Position numbers and translations under genes: made by a program. From Paraliomyxa miuraensis (lineage in GTDB: Bacteria; Myxococcota_A; Polyangia; Nannocystales; Nannocystaceae): DNA of 64,000 bases. Shown in pieces: positions 36,693 to 45,778 of the stretch (its first letter is position 1; every line of letters begins with the position of its first letter). The stretch spans positions 121,015-185,014 of the forward strand of contig NZ_JAOVZF010000146.1 in NCBI RefSeq assembly GCF_026337845.1, written 5' to 3'. The notes beneath the pieces are model-generated. The model was not told the DNA's origin, made no database searches, and saw only the letters and a list, made by a program, of their open reading frames with translations.

Positions 36693-38063
36693 TCAGACCA
36701 ACGAGGCGACGCCCACCCCGGCCAGGGTCAACAGCCCGGCCAGCCCGGCCGCCGTCGCGACCATCACCCACAGGAACCGGCGCGGGTTCTGGTCGACGAA
36801 GTGGCCGAGGCGGCTCTGGGTGGCCTTGAAGGCCGTGATCGCGCACTCGACCCGGATCTCGCCCGAGCGGATCCGCTCGAGCATCAGCAAGGCTTCGGCC
36901 GCGCTCTGGAAGCGCTCGTCGGCTCCGCGATGCAGCCCGTGGTGGAGGAAGTAGCGCAGCTCCACGGGCACGGCCGGCTGGGCGGGGTGCAGCCACCTCG
37001 AGCAATCGCTCTCGTGCATGTCGAGCTCCTCGCCCTCGGCCACCTCGAGCAGGGTGGCATAGACGTCCGCGTCCCGTCGGACGTAGCGGCGCAGCGTCAG
37101 CAGCTCGTAGAGCACCACGAACGCGCTGTAGAGATCGGAGCGAGCATCGATCGCATCTCGATGGCCGCGGGCCTGCTCGGGCGACATGTAGAGCGGCGTG
37201 CCGAGCAGCGCGCCGTCGTGGGTCATGTCGGGGCGCTCGCTCTGGGTGAGGGTGGCTCCGCTCAGCGCGTTGGGATCGCGGCGAGCGATGCCCCAGTCCA
37301 TCAGCCGCACCTCGCCATGGGTGCCCAGCATCACGTTGGCGGGCTTGATGTCGCGGTGCAGGATGCCCTGCGCGTGGGCGTAGTCGAGCGCGTTGAGGAT
37401 GCCGACGAAGATGTCGAGGCGCCGCGCGATGGGGTACTGCGCGTGGGTGAGGGCATCGCCTTTGCGCAGCTTGTCGATGAGGTCCTCGAGGCTCTGGCCC
37501 TCGACGTACTTCATGGTGAAGAACAACCGGCCCCGCTCGTCGCGGCCCACGTCGTAGATGGGCGTGATGTTGGGATGATCGAGCGCGCCCATGGTGCGCA
37601 CCTCGTCGACGAAGCGCGCGACCGCGGATGGGGACTGCAGGCCCGAAGCCAGCCGCTTGAGCGCCACGCGTCGGCCGATGTCGTGGTCCTCGCCGAGCTC
37701 CACCTCGCCCATCGCGCCCGCGCCGAGGGTGCGCTCCATCGTGTAGCGAGGACGCGCGTCGTGCTCGAGGACGAGGCCGTCGCCCTGCGTGATCACCCGG
37801 GGCAGCACGGTGATGCGGCCGTCGCCGCCGGTGGCGACATCGGTCTCGAGGTCCGATGCCACCGCGAGGGTGCGGGCCGACTGGTCCACGCGACGGGGTG
37901 CGCCGGTCGCAGCGACGGTCTCCACCGCCGAAGGGACCTCGGGCGCCTTGGTCGCAGCCGAGGTCATGGCGGTGGACGCTGCCAGCGTGGCGTCGAGATC
38001 CAGCGAGTCGTGGGTCGAGGGGCTGACCATGGATACCTCCACGATGGGGACCGATCGCCACAC
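36693..38063 (-). CDS. Ser/Thr protein kinase with C-terminal TM anchor (alternative start 38030)
   Basis: LGAGAMGEVEL, ALKRL, HRDIKPANVML, DWGIAR, SPEQ. C-terminal TM VATAAGLAGLLTLAGVGVASL. Confidence 0.75.
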   Translation of the reverse strand: MWRSVPIVEVSMVSPSTHDSLDLDATLAASTAMTSAATKAPEVPSAVETVAATGAPRRVDQSARTLAVASDLETDVATGGDGRITVLPRVITQGDGLVLEHDARPRYTMERTLGAGAMGEVELGEDHDIGRRVALKRLASGLQSPSAVARFVDEVRTMGALDHPNITPIYDVGRDERGRLFFTMKYVEGQSLEDLIDKLRKGDALTHAQYPIARRLDIFVGILNALDYAHAQGILHRDIKPANVMLGTHGEVRLMDWGIARRDPNALSGATLTQSERPDMTHDGALLGTPLYMSPEQARGHRDAIDARSDLYSAFVVLYELLTLRRYVRRDADVYATLLEVAEGEELDMHESDCSRWLHPAQPAVPVELRYFLHHGLHRGADERFQSAAEALLMLERIRSGEIRVECAITAFKATQSRLGHFVDQNPRRFLWVMVATAAGLAGLLTLAGVGVASLV

Positions 38064-38181
38064 GCGGCGGTCCGGTTACGGATCCTACGGGCTCTTCGCC
38101 GGGCGAGAAAGGATCACGGAGGCGGCCCCTTGGCCCGGCATCGCGGCCCGACCCCGCCTGCGGTACCGTTGCGCCCGTTCC

Positions 38182-40347
38182 GTGACCGCCACGTCCTCCA
38201 CCCCCTGGAGCCGTCCCTGGATCTGGGCCGTGCTGCTCGCGATCGTGGTCGTGGCCATCAACCTGGCCAGCATGGCCTCGACCGGGGCCTGGGATCCCTG
38301 GGAGACCCACTACGGCGAGGTCGCCCGCAACATCTTGGTACGGCACGACCCCATCGACCTGTGGTGGCAGGCCGGCAACGGTGGACCCGACGCCACTGCG
38401 GAGAAGGCGTTCTGGTCCAAACCCGCGCTGCCGTACTGGCTGATGGCCCTGTCGATGAAGGTCATGGGGGTGGGCACGTCGGCCGATCCGGCCGAGATGG
38501 TGCGCCCCTTCTGGCCGGAATTCGCGATTCGCCTCCCCAGCCTGATCGCCGGTCTGGGCAGCGCGGCGCTGCTGGGCCACGCCGCCTGGCGCATGGTCTC
38601 GCCGCGGGCCGGCATCCTCGCGGCGGTGGTGCTGGCGACCATGCCCCAGTGGGCCATCGCCACCCGGCAGGCGCTCACCGACATGATCTTCGTGGCGCCC
38701 GTGGTGCTGGCCGCGGTCGCGTGGATCATGGCGTGGGGCCAGCCCGACCGGCCGCTGCGCAGGCACTGGCCGCAGCGCTTGGCCCGTAGGTTCCCGGGGG
38801 TGCGCCGCCTGCCCGAGCCACCGTGGGACCGCGCCTACCTGGCCTTCCTGGGGTTCCTGCTGCTGTCGGCCGTGGCCCCGCTCGCGGTGATCCACCAGCA
38901 CGCGTTCGACCCCTTCACGTGGGATCCTCGTACGATCGCCGCTCTGGGTCGGGACGCCAAGATGCTGGCGGCCCTCAAGCAGATCCAGACCCACATGTTC
39001 GTGTACTGGGGCCTGGCGCTCGTCGTGCTGCTGCGAAGCTTGCGCTGGAAACGACGCAGCGAGGCGTGGATGGGCGTGCTCTACCTGGCGGCCGGCCTGT
39101 CGCTCGTGGGCAAGGGCCTCATCGGTCCCGGCCTGGTCGGCGCGGTGGTGCTGGCCCACCTGGTGGTGACGGGACGCTGGGATCTGCTGCGCCGCTGCGG
39201 GCTACCCACGGGCATCGGCCTGTTCGCGCTGGCGAGCTTTCCGTGGCACCACGCGATGATCCTCTACCGCGGCGAGCGGTGGGTCAACGAGCTCATCATT
39301 CAGAACAACCTGGCGCGGTTCGGCACCGGCGAGCAGGAGCAGGCGGTTGGCTCGTTTGCCTTCTACCTCGAGACGCTGGGCTTGGCCGCGCTGCCCTGGT
39401 CGGCCGTGGTGCCGCTGGCGCTCGCGGCTGCGTTCCGCACCTTTGGCCGCAAGGAGGGGAGCGAGGAGCAGAGCGAGGAGGGGAGCGAGGAGCAGAGCGA
39501 GGTGGAGAGCGAGGCCGCGGCCGCGCCCGCGTTCGAGGACCATGCGCTGGCCCGTGATCCCGAGGAGATCCGCGTCACGCTGCACCGCTTTGCGCTCACG
39601 TGGTTCGGGGTTTCGCTGTTCGCGATCGGCTTCTCCGTCACCAAGTACTACCACTACCTCTTGCCTTGCCTGCCGCCGCTGGCGTTGCTCGTGGGCCTGT
39701 GGCTCGACCAGGCGATGCGTCGTCCCGCTCGCTCCCGCACCGCGGTGGTGATCGGGGCGGCCGTGGGCCTGGCGATCCTCGTGGCAGTCACGCGCGACGC
39801 CTTCCACACCACCGCCTGGCTGGCCCACCTCACCACGTACCTCTATACCGGCATGTGGCGTCAGGGCGGCCCCGAGGTCACGGTGCTGCCGTGGCTGCTG
39901 GTACCGTTCTCGCTGGGCCTACTGGCGTGGATGCTCGCGCGACGTCGTGAGGCGCTGGCCGGCTTCGTGCTCTCGGCGCTGCTCACCGCGGGCTGGGTGG
40001 TGGTGGACTACCTCCCTGCGGCCTCCGAGAACTGGTCGCAACGCAGCGCCCTGCGCATCTACTTCGACGAGCGCGGTCCCGAGGATCGCCTCGTGAGCTG
40101 GTGGTTCTACTATCGCGGCGAGACCTGGTTCTCCAAGGGGGACGTGTGGGTCATGAAGGACGTGGACCGCAAGGCGCTCGGCGAGCTGTTCATCGAGCAC
40201 GAGGGACGCGGTGGAGCGCTGTGGTTCATCACCATCGAACCTCATGCCCGAAGGCTGCGCTCGCAGGTGCCACGGCAGTACCAGGACGGCATCGAGGTGA
40301 AGTTCGAGAGCTTCCACTACGTGCTGCTGCGCGTGCCGGTGCCGTAG
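38182..40347 (+). CDS. GT39/ArnT-PMT-family membrane glycosyltransferase (start uncertain; GTG 38182 chosen to avoid overlap with the divergent kinase gene)
   Basis: N-terminal TM followed by WDPWETHYGEVARNIL (ArnT-like DE motif region). Multiple TM helices. Internal acidic low-complexity insert EGSEEQSEEGSEEQSEVESE. Confidence 0.65.
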   Translation: MTATSSTPWSRPWIWAVLLAIVVVAINLASMASTGAWDPWETHYGEVARNILVRHDPIDLWWQAGNGGPDATAEKAFWSKPALPYWLMALSMKVMGVGTSADPAEMVRPFWPEFAIRLPSLIAGLGSAALLGHAAWRMVSPRAGILAAVVLATMPQWAIATRQALTDMIFVAPVVLAAVAWIMAWGQPDRPLRRHWPQRLARRFPGVRRLPEPPWDRAYLAFLGFLLLSAVAPLAVIHQHAFDPFTWDPRTIAALGRDAKMLAALKQIQTHMFVYWGLALVVLLRSLRWKRRSEAWMGVLYLAAGLSLVGKGLIGPGLVGAVVLAHLVVTGRWDLLRRCGLPTGIGLFALASFPWHHAMILYRGERWVNELIIQNNLARFGTGEQEQAVGSFAFYLETLGLAALPWSAVVPLALAAAFRTFGRKEGSEEQSEEGSEEQSEVESEAAAAPAFEDHALARDPEEIRVTLHRFALTWFGVSLFAIGFSVTKYYHYLLPCLPPLALLVGLWLDQAMRRPARSRTAVVIGAAVGLAILVAVTRDAFHTTAWLAHLTTYLYTGMWRQGGPEVTVLPWLLVPFSLGLLAWMLARRREALAGFVLSALLTAGWVVVDYLPAASENWSQRSALRIYFDERGPEDRLVSWWFYYRGETWFSKGDVWVMKDVDRKALGELFIEHEGRGGALWFITIEPHARRLRSQVPRQYQDGIEVKFESFHYVLLRVPVP

Positions 40348-40439
40348 CGGCGAGCGCGGGCCGAGGACGGTCGTGATCGAGGCGTGGCGGTCGGTGATCG
40401 AGCCACTGGTGCCCCTCGATCGCACGGCGCCTGCCCCTC

Positions 40440-40700
40440 GATCGGGGAGCGAGCGCCCCGCGGGGGCAGGCGCAGTTCGAGGTGGGGGCATGGGTGGTGC
40501 GAGCGGGGGGCGCCAGTGGTTCGAGGCGGGGGCGTCAGTGGTCCGAGCTGGGGCCAGGGGTCGCAGAGGTGGGGGCATGGGTCAGCGGAGGTGGGGGCAG
40601 GCATCGCCGGAGGCGGGGGCAGGCACGGCCGGACGCGGGGGCGGCGGCGGCCGAGCACCATTGGGCGGCGTCGGAGGCGATTGGAGGAGCATCGGAGCCG
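40440..40700. repeat. G-rich degenerate tandem repeats (gaggygggggca[gt]g units) in intergenic region
   Basis: Units gaggtgggggcatgggt, gaggcgggggcgtcag, gaggtgggggcatgggt, gaggtgggggcaggcat, gaggcgggggcaggcac recur between the GT39 stop and the PtuA-like start. Confidence 0.5.
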
Positions 40701-40794
40701 ATTTGGTCGCACGAGGAGCCGATCGGCACGCTCGATGAGCGCGCGGCGATGGCTCGTGTGGATCGCGCAGGAGTGGTAGAAGGGAGCCGTCGTC

Positions 40795-42033
40795 ATGAGC
40801 ACGGCTGCGCTTCAAGGGCTCGCACTCGTCGACGTCGGCCCTGCGGAATCCCTTTCGGTCGAGCTTGCCCCTCGCCTGAATCTGATTGCGGGTGACAACG
40901 GCGTGGGCAAGACCTTCGTGCTCGACGTGCTGTGGTGGTGCCTGACGGGCACATGGTCCAATCGAGCAGCGTGGCCATCGCTCGATGCCCGCCAGCGCGA
41001 GCCGACGATCCGGGTGACGGATACGAGTGGTGCGACGTCGTCCTCGGTCTTCGATCGCGTCAACGAACTCTGGCCCCGTCCCGCGGGCTGGCCCCTCACC
41101 TCGTCACCGGTGCTCTACGTGCGTCTCGACGGCAGGTTCTCGCTCTGGGATCCCCTCCGCAGTCGTGGCGCTGGGGCCCCCCCTTCCCTCGAATTCGCGT
41201 CTCCCTGGGATCGCCTCGTCGATGCCGTCGGTGTCGTGCTGTGCAACGGCCTCCTCGACGATTGGCGAGATTGGTACCAGCGAGACGACAAGAGCCTCTT
41301 CGAGAAGTTCTTTGGGGTCGTCAGAGCGCTGATGCCATCCGACGAAGAACCGGAGCCGGGTGGTTTCGTCAAGCTGAGCAAGCTTAGCGCCGCGCGGGTA
41401 CCCCAGCTTCGCCTTCGCCACGGGATCGTCCCCGTCGAGCATCTCTCCGCCGGCATGAAGCGAATCCTCGGCGTTGCCTACCTGCTCATCTGGGCATGGG
41501 ACGAGCATGTCCAGGCCGCGCGCTTGGAGGGCACCCCGCCCGCGAGTCAGATCGTGTTGCTCATCGACGAGGTCGAGGCGCACCTCCACCCCAAGTGGCA
41601 GCGCATGCTCTTGCCCGCGCTGCTCGAAGCCGCAGCAGGTCTCTCGCAGGAACGCCTCTCGGTCCAGCTCGTCGCGACCACCCACAGCCCCCTGGTGGTT
41701 GCCTCCCTCGAGCCGCACTTCGATCACGACGCCGACCAGCTGCTGCATCTCGGCTACGAGGGCAACGAGATCCGGCTCAAGGAGATCCCGTGGGCGAATC
41801 ATGGCGATGCGAGCGCATGGCTGGAATCCCCCGTGTTCGAGCTCGGGTACGCGACGTCTCCCGAGCTCGAGCGCGTGCTCGAGGCCGCCGAGGCGTTCCT
41901 GGCGGCCGAGGAGGGCCTGCCCTCCGATCTCGACACCCGTGAGAAGATCGACCGCCAGTTGCGGCGCTTGCTCCCATCGATGGACCCATTCTGGCTACAG
42001 TGGGGTGCTCCCGTCGACGAGGCCTCGCAATGA
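40795..42033 (+). CDS. ptuA: AAA_21/ABC-like ATPase, PtuA-like (Septu-type defence ATPase candidate, 412 aa)
   Basis: Walker A immediately N-terminal (IAGDNGVGKTFVLD). Walker B/D-loop LLIDEVEAHLHP and H-loop ATTHSP, the AAA_21 pattern. Confidence 0.65.
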   Translation: MSTAALQGLALVDVGPAESLSVELAPRLNLIAGDNGVGKTFVLDVLWWCLTGTWSNRAAWPSLDARQREPTIRVTDTSGATSSSVFDRVNELWPRPAGWPLTSSPVLYVRLDGRFSLWDPLRSRGAGAPPSLEFASPWDRLVDAVGVVLCNGLLDDWRDWYQRDDKSLFEKFFGVVRALMPSDEEPEPGGFVKLSKLSAARVPQLRLRHGIVPVEHLSAGMKRILGVAYLLIWAWDEHVQAARLEGTPPASQIVLLIDEVEAHLHPKWQRMLLPALLEAAAGLSQERLSVQLVATTHSPLVVASLEPHFDHDADQLLHLGYEGNEIRLKEIPWANHGDASAWLESPVFELGYATSPELERVLEAAEAFLAAEEGLPSDLDTREKIDRQLRRLLPSMDPFWLQWGAPVDEASQ

Positions 42034-42713
42034 TCCGCGTCGATCGTCACCCTGCACCGAAGAACTTCGAGCGAGATGTGCAAGAGCCCGGCCTCCGGTG
42101 GCTCGAGAATCCCAACAACCGCACCAAGCCTCGACCCCGCGACTACTGGAAGCACTGCCGCGATGACCTCGAGCGTCAGTTCGAGTCACGCTGTGGCTAC
42201 GCCGCCACCTGGATCTCGAGCGGCTACACCGATCACTTCGTGAGCTGGAGCCGCTGCAAGAGCTGCAACGAGCACCATCGTGCCTACGAGTGGGAGAACC
42301 TCCGTTGGATGGCTCCCGAGCTCAACAGTCTCAAGAGTGATCACGAAATCCTCGATCCATTCGAGGTTCAGGACAGCTGGTTCGACATCCATCTGCCGTC
42401 GCTTCGCCTCCGCATGACCGACGCAATTCCGGTCGAGCATCGAGGGACGGCCGAGCGCACGCTGCAAGTGCTCAAGCTGGAATCAGGTCCGTTGGTGCGG
42501 AAGTGGAGGCAAGCGGAGCTCCGGCTCTTTGCCAACGGAACATCGCTGTCCGAGATCATGCACCGCACGCCGCTGCTCGGCCGCGCTCTCGAGCAGCTCT
42601 TCGCCGCCAGCCCCGAAGATCTCGAGCCCGAGCAGCTCCGCTTCCGCACCGATCTCGAAGCCCGCCGCCGCCACGCCGCAACTCAGCACCAAGCCCCTCC
42701 GCGGCGGCCGTGA
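42030..42713 (+). CDS. ptuB: HNH-like nuclease-domain protein, PtuB-like (228 aa)
   Basis: ATG overlaps the ATPase stop (ATGA). Cys/His cluster CGYAATW...HFVSWSRCKSCNEHHRAYEWENLRWMAPELNSLK is consistent with an HNH-type fold as seen in the partner of AAA_21 ATPases. Confidence 0.55.
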   Translation: MIRVDRHPAPKNFERDVQEPGLRWLENPNNRTKPRPRDYWKHCRDDLERQFESRCGYAATWISSGYTDHFVSWSRCKSCNEHHRAYEWENLRWMAPELNSLKSDHEILDPFEVQDSWFDIHLPSLRLRMTDAIPVEHRGTAERTLQVLKLESGPLVRKWRQAELRLFANGTSLSEIMHRTPLLGRALEQLFAASPEDLEPEQLRFRTDLEARRRHAATQHQAPPRRP

Positions 42714-42729
42714 TCCCTGCCGCCGTCTC

Positions 42730-43509
42730 TCAAGTCCCGAGCGCCGCCACCTCGGGCGCTGCCGTCAGGGCCGGCTGCTTGCTCACGAACCCCCAGCTGC
42801 GCTTGAGCGCGGCCTTCTGCGTGGCCTGCAGGTACTTGCTCACCACGCGCCGTGAGATGCCCTTGCGTTGGCTGTCGACTGCGAGCCCGAAGCAGGCCTC
42901 GGGCATCGACAGCCCCGCGCGCAGCGACTTGAGGTCGATGCCACAGCCACCCCCGCAGCAGGCGCTCTCGTACACGTAGGCGCCGTTGGCCACCCACACG
43001 CCCAGACCCAGCGCGATCGCAGCCAGCTCGGCGTCGCCCTCGAAGTCGGTCGGCTCGACCCGGTGCCCGCCCGCCCGATGCACCGCGATGCGGCCCAGCT
43101 CGCGCGCCACGGAGGCCAGCACCAGCTCGGTCACGCGGAAGATCGCCGGCACCGTCACCATCAGCAGCTCGTCGCGCTTGACGAAGGTGTGCATCATCTG
43201 CCCGACTGGGTCGCCGAGCGGCGTGTAGCCGTGCTTGCTGGGGGGATCGTCGGGATCGAGCTCGAGCAGGGTCAGCTCCACGTCGGCTTGTCCCACACCC
43301 GCCTGCACCCCACACAAGAGCTCGAACAGATCGTCGAGATCGCGGGGCTTGTCGAGCGCGGTCTTGGTGACGAGCCGAGGCTCTCGCGCAGGGGCACCCA
43401 GTCGCGCCACATGTTGGCGCAGGCCATCCGCGACCCATGCGCGGGTGCCTTCGGCGGGCAGGAACTCGACGCTCGGAGCGGAGGAGAAGCCCAACATCGC
43501 AGGCAGCAT
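42730..43509 (-). CDS. hypothetical protein (start uncertain; alternative 43581)
   Basis: Protein-like composition (…HGYTPLGDPVGQMMHTFVKRDELLMVTVPAIFRV…CCGGGCGIDLKSLRAGL…) inside track ORF 42730..43665(-). Confidence 0.4.
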   Translation of the reverse strand: MLPAMLGFSSAPSVEFLPAEGTRAWVADGLRQHVARLGAPAREPRLVTKTALDKPRDLDDLFELLCGVQAGVGQADVELTLLELDPDDPPSKHGYTPLGDPVGQMMHTFVKRDELLMVTVPAIFRVTELVLASVARELGRIAVHRAGGHRVEPTDFEGDAELAAIALGLGVWVANGAYVYESACCGGGCGIDLKSLRAGLSMPEACFGLAVDSQRKGISRRVVSKYLQATQKAALKRSWGFVSKQPALTAAPEVAALGT

Positions 43510-43705
43510 ATCGACCGACCGCTGGCCTCGCCATCCTCGGCGACGTCGACGGTGGCGCCTTTCATCTCGAGCGGCTTTCATCTCGAGCGGCGGTACCTTC
43601 GCGGCGATACGGTCGTGGAGGGCGGGCCCCGCTCGCACGTCGGCGTCGCGGCGCTCGGGAACCACGGGAGCCCGCGCCCGTACGAATATTCACGGGCCCA
43701 TTGGC

Positions 43706-44638
43706 ATGGAACGTCGGGTAGGTCACACTAGGACGGCACGGTCCCGTATCGTTGGAACGGTAGGTAGCGACATCCCACACCCTGCGCACAGCGTTTCTCG
43801 CTCGAGCTCGAGCCCCCCCGAGGGCTCGCTCGGAAGCGCGATCGCTCGCGAGGACTCGCCGCTGCGCAGGGGCCGCTTTGCCCGTGCCAGGCGTGGCTGG
43901 CTGTTCGGGGTGCTCGCCGCGTTCATGGTGATGGGCGGCGCCATGCTGCTGCCCGGAGCCGCCCATGCGCGAGGCCGCCGCGTGGTCCCCAACCTCGAGG
44001 AGTCGCGTGCGGTCCCAACGGGTCCCAGGGAGAGCCTCACCGTCATCGGGGTCACCGTGCACATGCCCACCGAAGGCGGGGTGCCGCTGACCACTCGACG
44101 ACAGCTCACGCAGTGGGTCGAGCGCGCCAACGATGCCCTGCGCCCGCATGGTCTCGCGGTCGAGCTGCGGCAGGTGGTGAGCATGGTGGGCTACACCGAG
44201 GTCACCAGCCGCCGCGATCGTCGTCGCCTCGCCACGATGGCCCAGTACGACGGCAGCATCCACGTGTTCGTGGCCCAGAGCCTCGATACCGAGACGGTGG
44301 GCACGCGCGTGGGGGTGCGACGCCGCGTGCGAGGCCTGCACTGGCGCTACGTGGGCCTGAACCGGCAGCTCCGACAGCGCGAGTTCGTGATGGTCACCCT
44401 CGGCGCGCCCAAGACCACGTTCGCCCACGAAGTGGGGCACCTCTTGGGGCTGCGGCACAGCACCGCCGAAGACAACATCATGTGCAGCTGTCGGCAGGGG
44501 GACACCGAGTTCACGATCGAGCAGGGACTGCTCATGCGACAGGGCGCGCGGCGCTTCCTGTCGCGGCAGCAGCAGGCACGACAGCGCGAGGCCGACCACC
44601 GCGCGCGCAGCCTCGACCAGGCGCGCCGCCGACGGTAG
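43706..44638 (+). CDS. secreted zinc metalloprotease (HExxHxxGxxH metzincin-like, ~310 aa)
   Basis: Signal-like WLFGVLAAFMVMGGAMLLPGAAHA, then FAHEVGHLLGLRHS zinc-binding motif. Start MERRVG inside track ORF 43235..44638, whose first 157 codons are junk. Confidence 0.6.
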   Translation: MERRVGHTRTARSRIVGTVGSDIPHPAHSVSRSSSSPPEGSLGSAIAREDSPLRRGRFARARRGWLFGVLAAFMVMGGAMLLPGAAHARGRRVVPNLEESRAVPTGPRESLTVIGVTVHMPTEGGVPLTTRRQLTQWVERANDALRPHGLAVELRQVVSMVGYTEVTSRRDRRRLATMAQYDGSIHVFVAQSLDTETVGTRVGVRRRVRGLHWRYVGLNRQLRQREFVMVTLGAPKTTFAHEVGHLLGLRHSTAEDNIMCSCRQGDTEFTIEQGLLMRQGARRFLSRQQQARQREADHRARSLDQARRRR

Positions 44639-44650
44639 CCTCATCGGGGT

Positions 44651-45778
44651 ATGCCCGACTCGACTCGGCCCCTCGGCCGTCGCTGGCTCGCGGGGTTGAT
44701 CCTCGCCGCGGGCTCGTGCACGGCCGGTCGCGGCGGTTTCGAGGAGATTCCCCGCACGACGCCCGCGGGCTCGCAGTCGCGTTCCGCCTCGCCCGCGGCG
44801 GAGGTCGCGAGCGTGTCGAGCCCGGCGCCGGCGCCCGCGAGCGTACCGAGCCCGGCGCCCACGAACGCCGAGCTCCCTCGCGATCCGGAGCCGTCGTCCA
44901 TCGCCTCGTCCGGGCCGGCCGTATCGCTCTCCAAGCGGCAGCACATGCACATCGAGGCCTGGTTCCAGAAGCTGGGCGAGCCCCGCCCCGACGAGAGCTT
45001 CGGGGGCCTGCTCGTGCGCGCCGCCAAGCTCAAGCTCGGCACCCCCTATCCCAAGGCCAAGACGTCGACGCGCAAGGGTCCCGAGGCGCTGTCCGTCGAT
45101 GTCGACGCGCTCGACTGCGTGACCCTCATCGAGACCGCCACCGCGATCGCCCGCTGCAGCTGGCAGCAGCGACCCGATGTGCCCTGCTTCCTCGAAGAGC
45201 TACGCCAGACCCGCTATCGCGACGGCCACATCGACGGCTATGCCTCGCGGCTGCACTACTTCGAGGACTGGATGGCCGACAACGAGCGACGCGACCGCCT
45301 GCGCTCGCTCGCGGACGAGCTCGGGGCCGACACCACGACCCGCCCGTTCGACTACATGACCAAGCATCGCCGGCTCTACCCGCCGCTGCGGGAGCCGGAG
45401 AACCGCGAAGCCATACGGACGGTGGAGCTGCGGCTCTCCGAGATGCCGCAGCGGGTCGTGCCGCGGGAGCGGGTCGCCGAGATCCAGCACCTGCTCCAAG
45501 ACGGAGACATCCTCGGCTTCATCAAGGGCACCCCGGGGCTGGGCGTGACCCACACGGGTCTGGTGAGCCTCGACGACGAAGGACGCCCGCACGTGCTGCA
45601 TGCCACCGACCTCAACGAGCGGGTCTCGCTGTCGCGGTGCGATCTGGCCACGTGCATGGCCAAGCGCAGCGATCGCAAGGGGGTGATCGTGATGCGTCCG
45701 CTGCCGCCGCCCACCGCCGCGCAAGCATCCCACGGCGACGCGATCACTCGAGCAGCGCCAGCAGCTCCTCGCGAGTGA
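44651..45778 (+). CDS. lipoprotein with DUF1460-like (amidase-like) domain (375 aa)
   Basis: Signal plus lipobox (LILAAGSC), Pro/Ser-rich linker, and a globular domain with conserved Cys/His ([10 protein letters not shown]...HTGLV). Confidence 0.55.
   Translation: MPDSTRPLGRRWLAGLILAAGSCTAGRGGFEEIPRTTPAGSQSRSASPAAEVASVSSPAPAPASVPSPAPTNAELPRDPEPSSIASSGPAVSLSKRQHMHIEAWFQKLGEPRPDESFGGLLVRAAKLKLGTPYPKAKTSTRKGPEALSVDVDALDCVTLIETATAIARCSWQQRPDVPCFLEELRQTRYRDGHIDGYASRLHYFEDWMADNERRDRLRSLADELGADTTTRPFDYMTKHRRLYPPLREPENREAIRTVELRLSEMPQRVVPRERVAEIQHLLQDGDILGFIKGTPGLGVTHTGLVSLDDEGRPHVLHATDLNERVSLSRCDLATCMAKRSDRKGVIVMRPLPPPTAAQASHGDAITRAAPAAPRE

Noticed and set aside
38029-38181. ATG starts at 38029 or 38044 for the GT39 gene
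   Set aside because: They would overlap or abut the divergent kinase start (38030/38063), leaving no promoter. A downstream in-frame GTG (38182), just before the first TM helix, was preferred but is uncertain.
35608-39159. 1183-aa minus-strand ORF
   Set aside because: Antisense to the genuine kinase (36693..38063) and GT39 genes. Composition is dominated by Arg/Gly/Pro/His.
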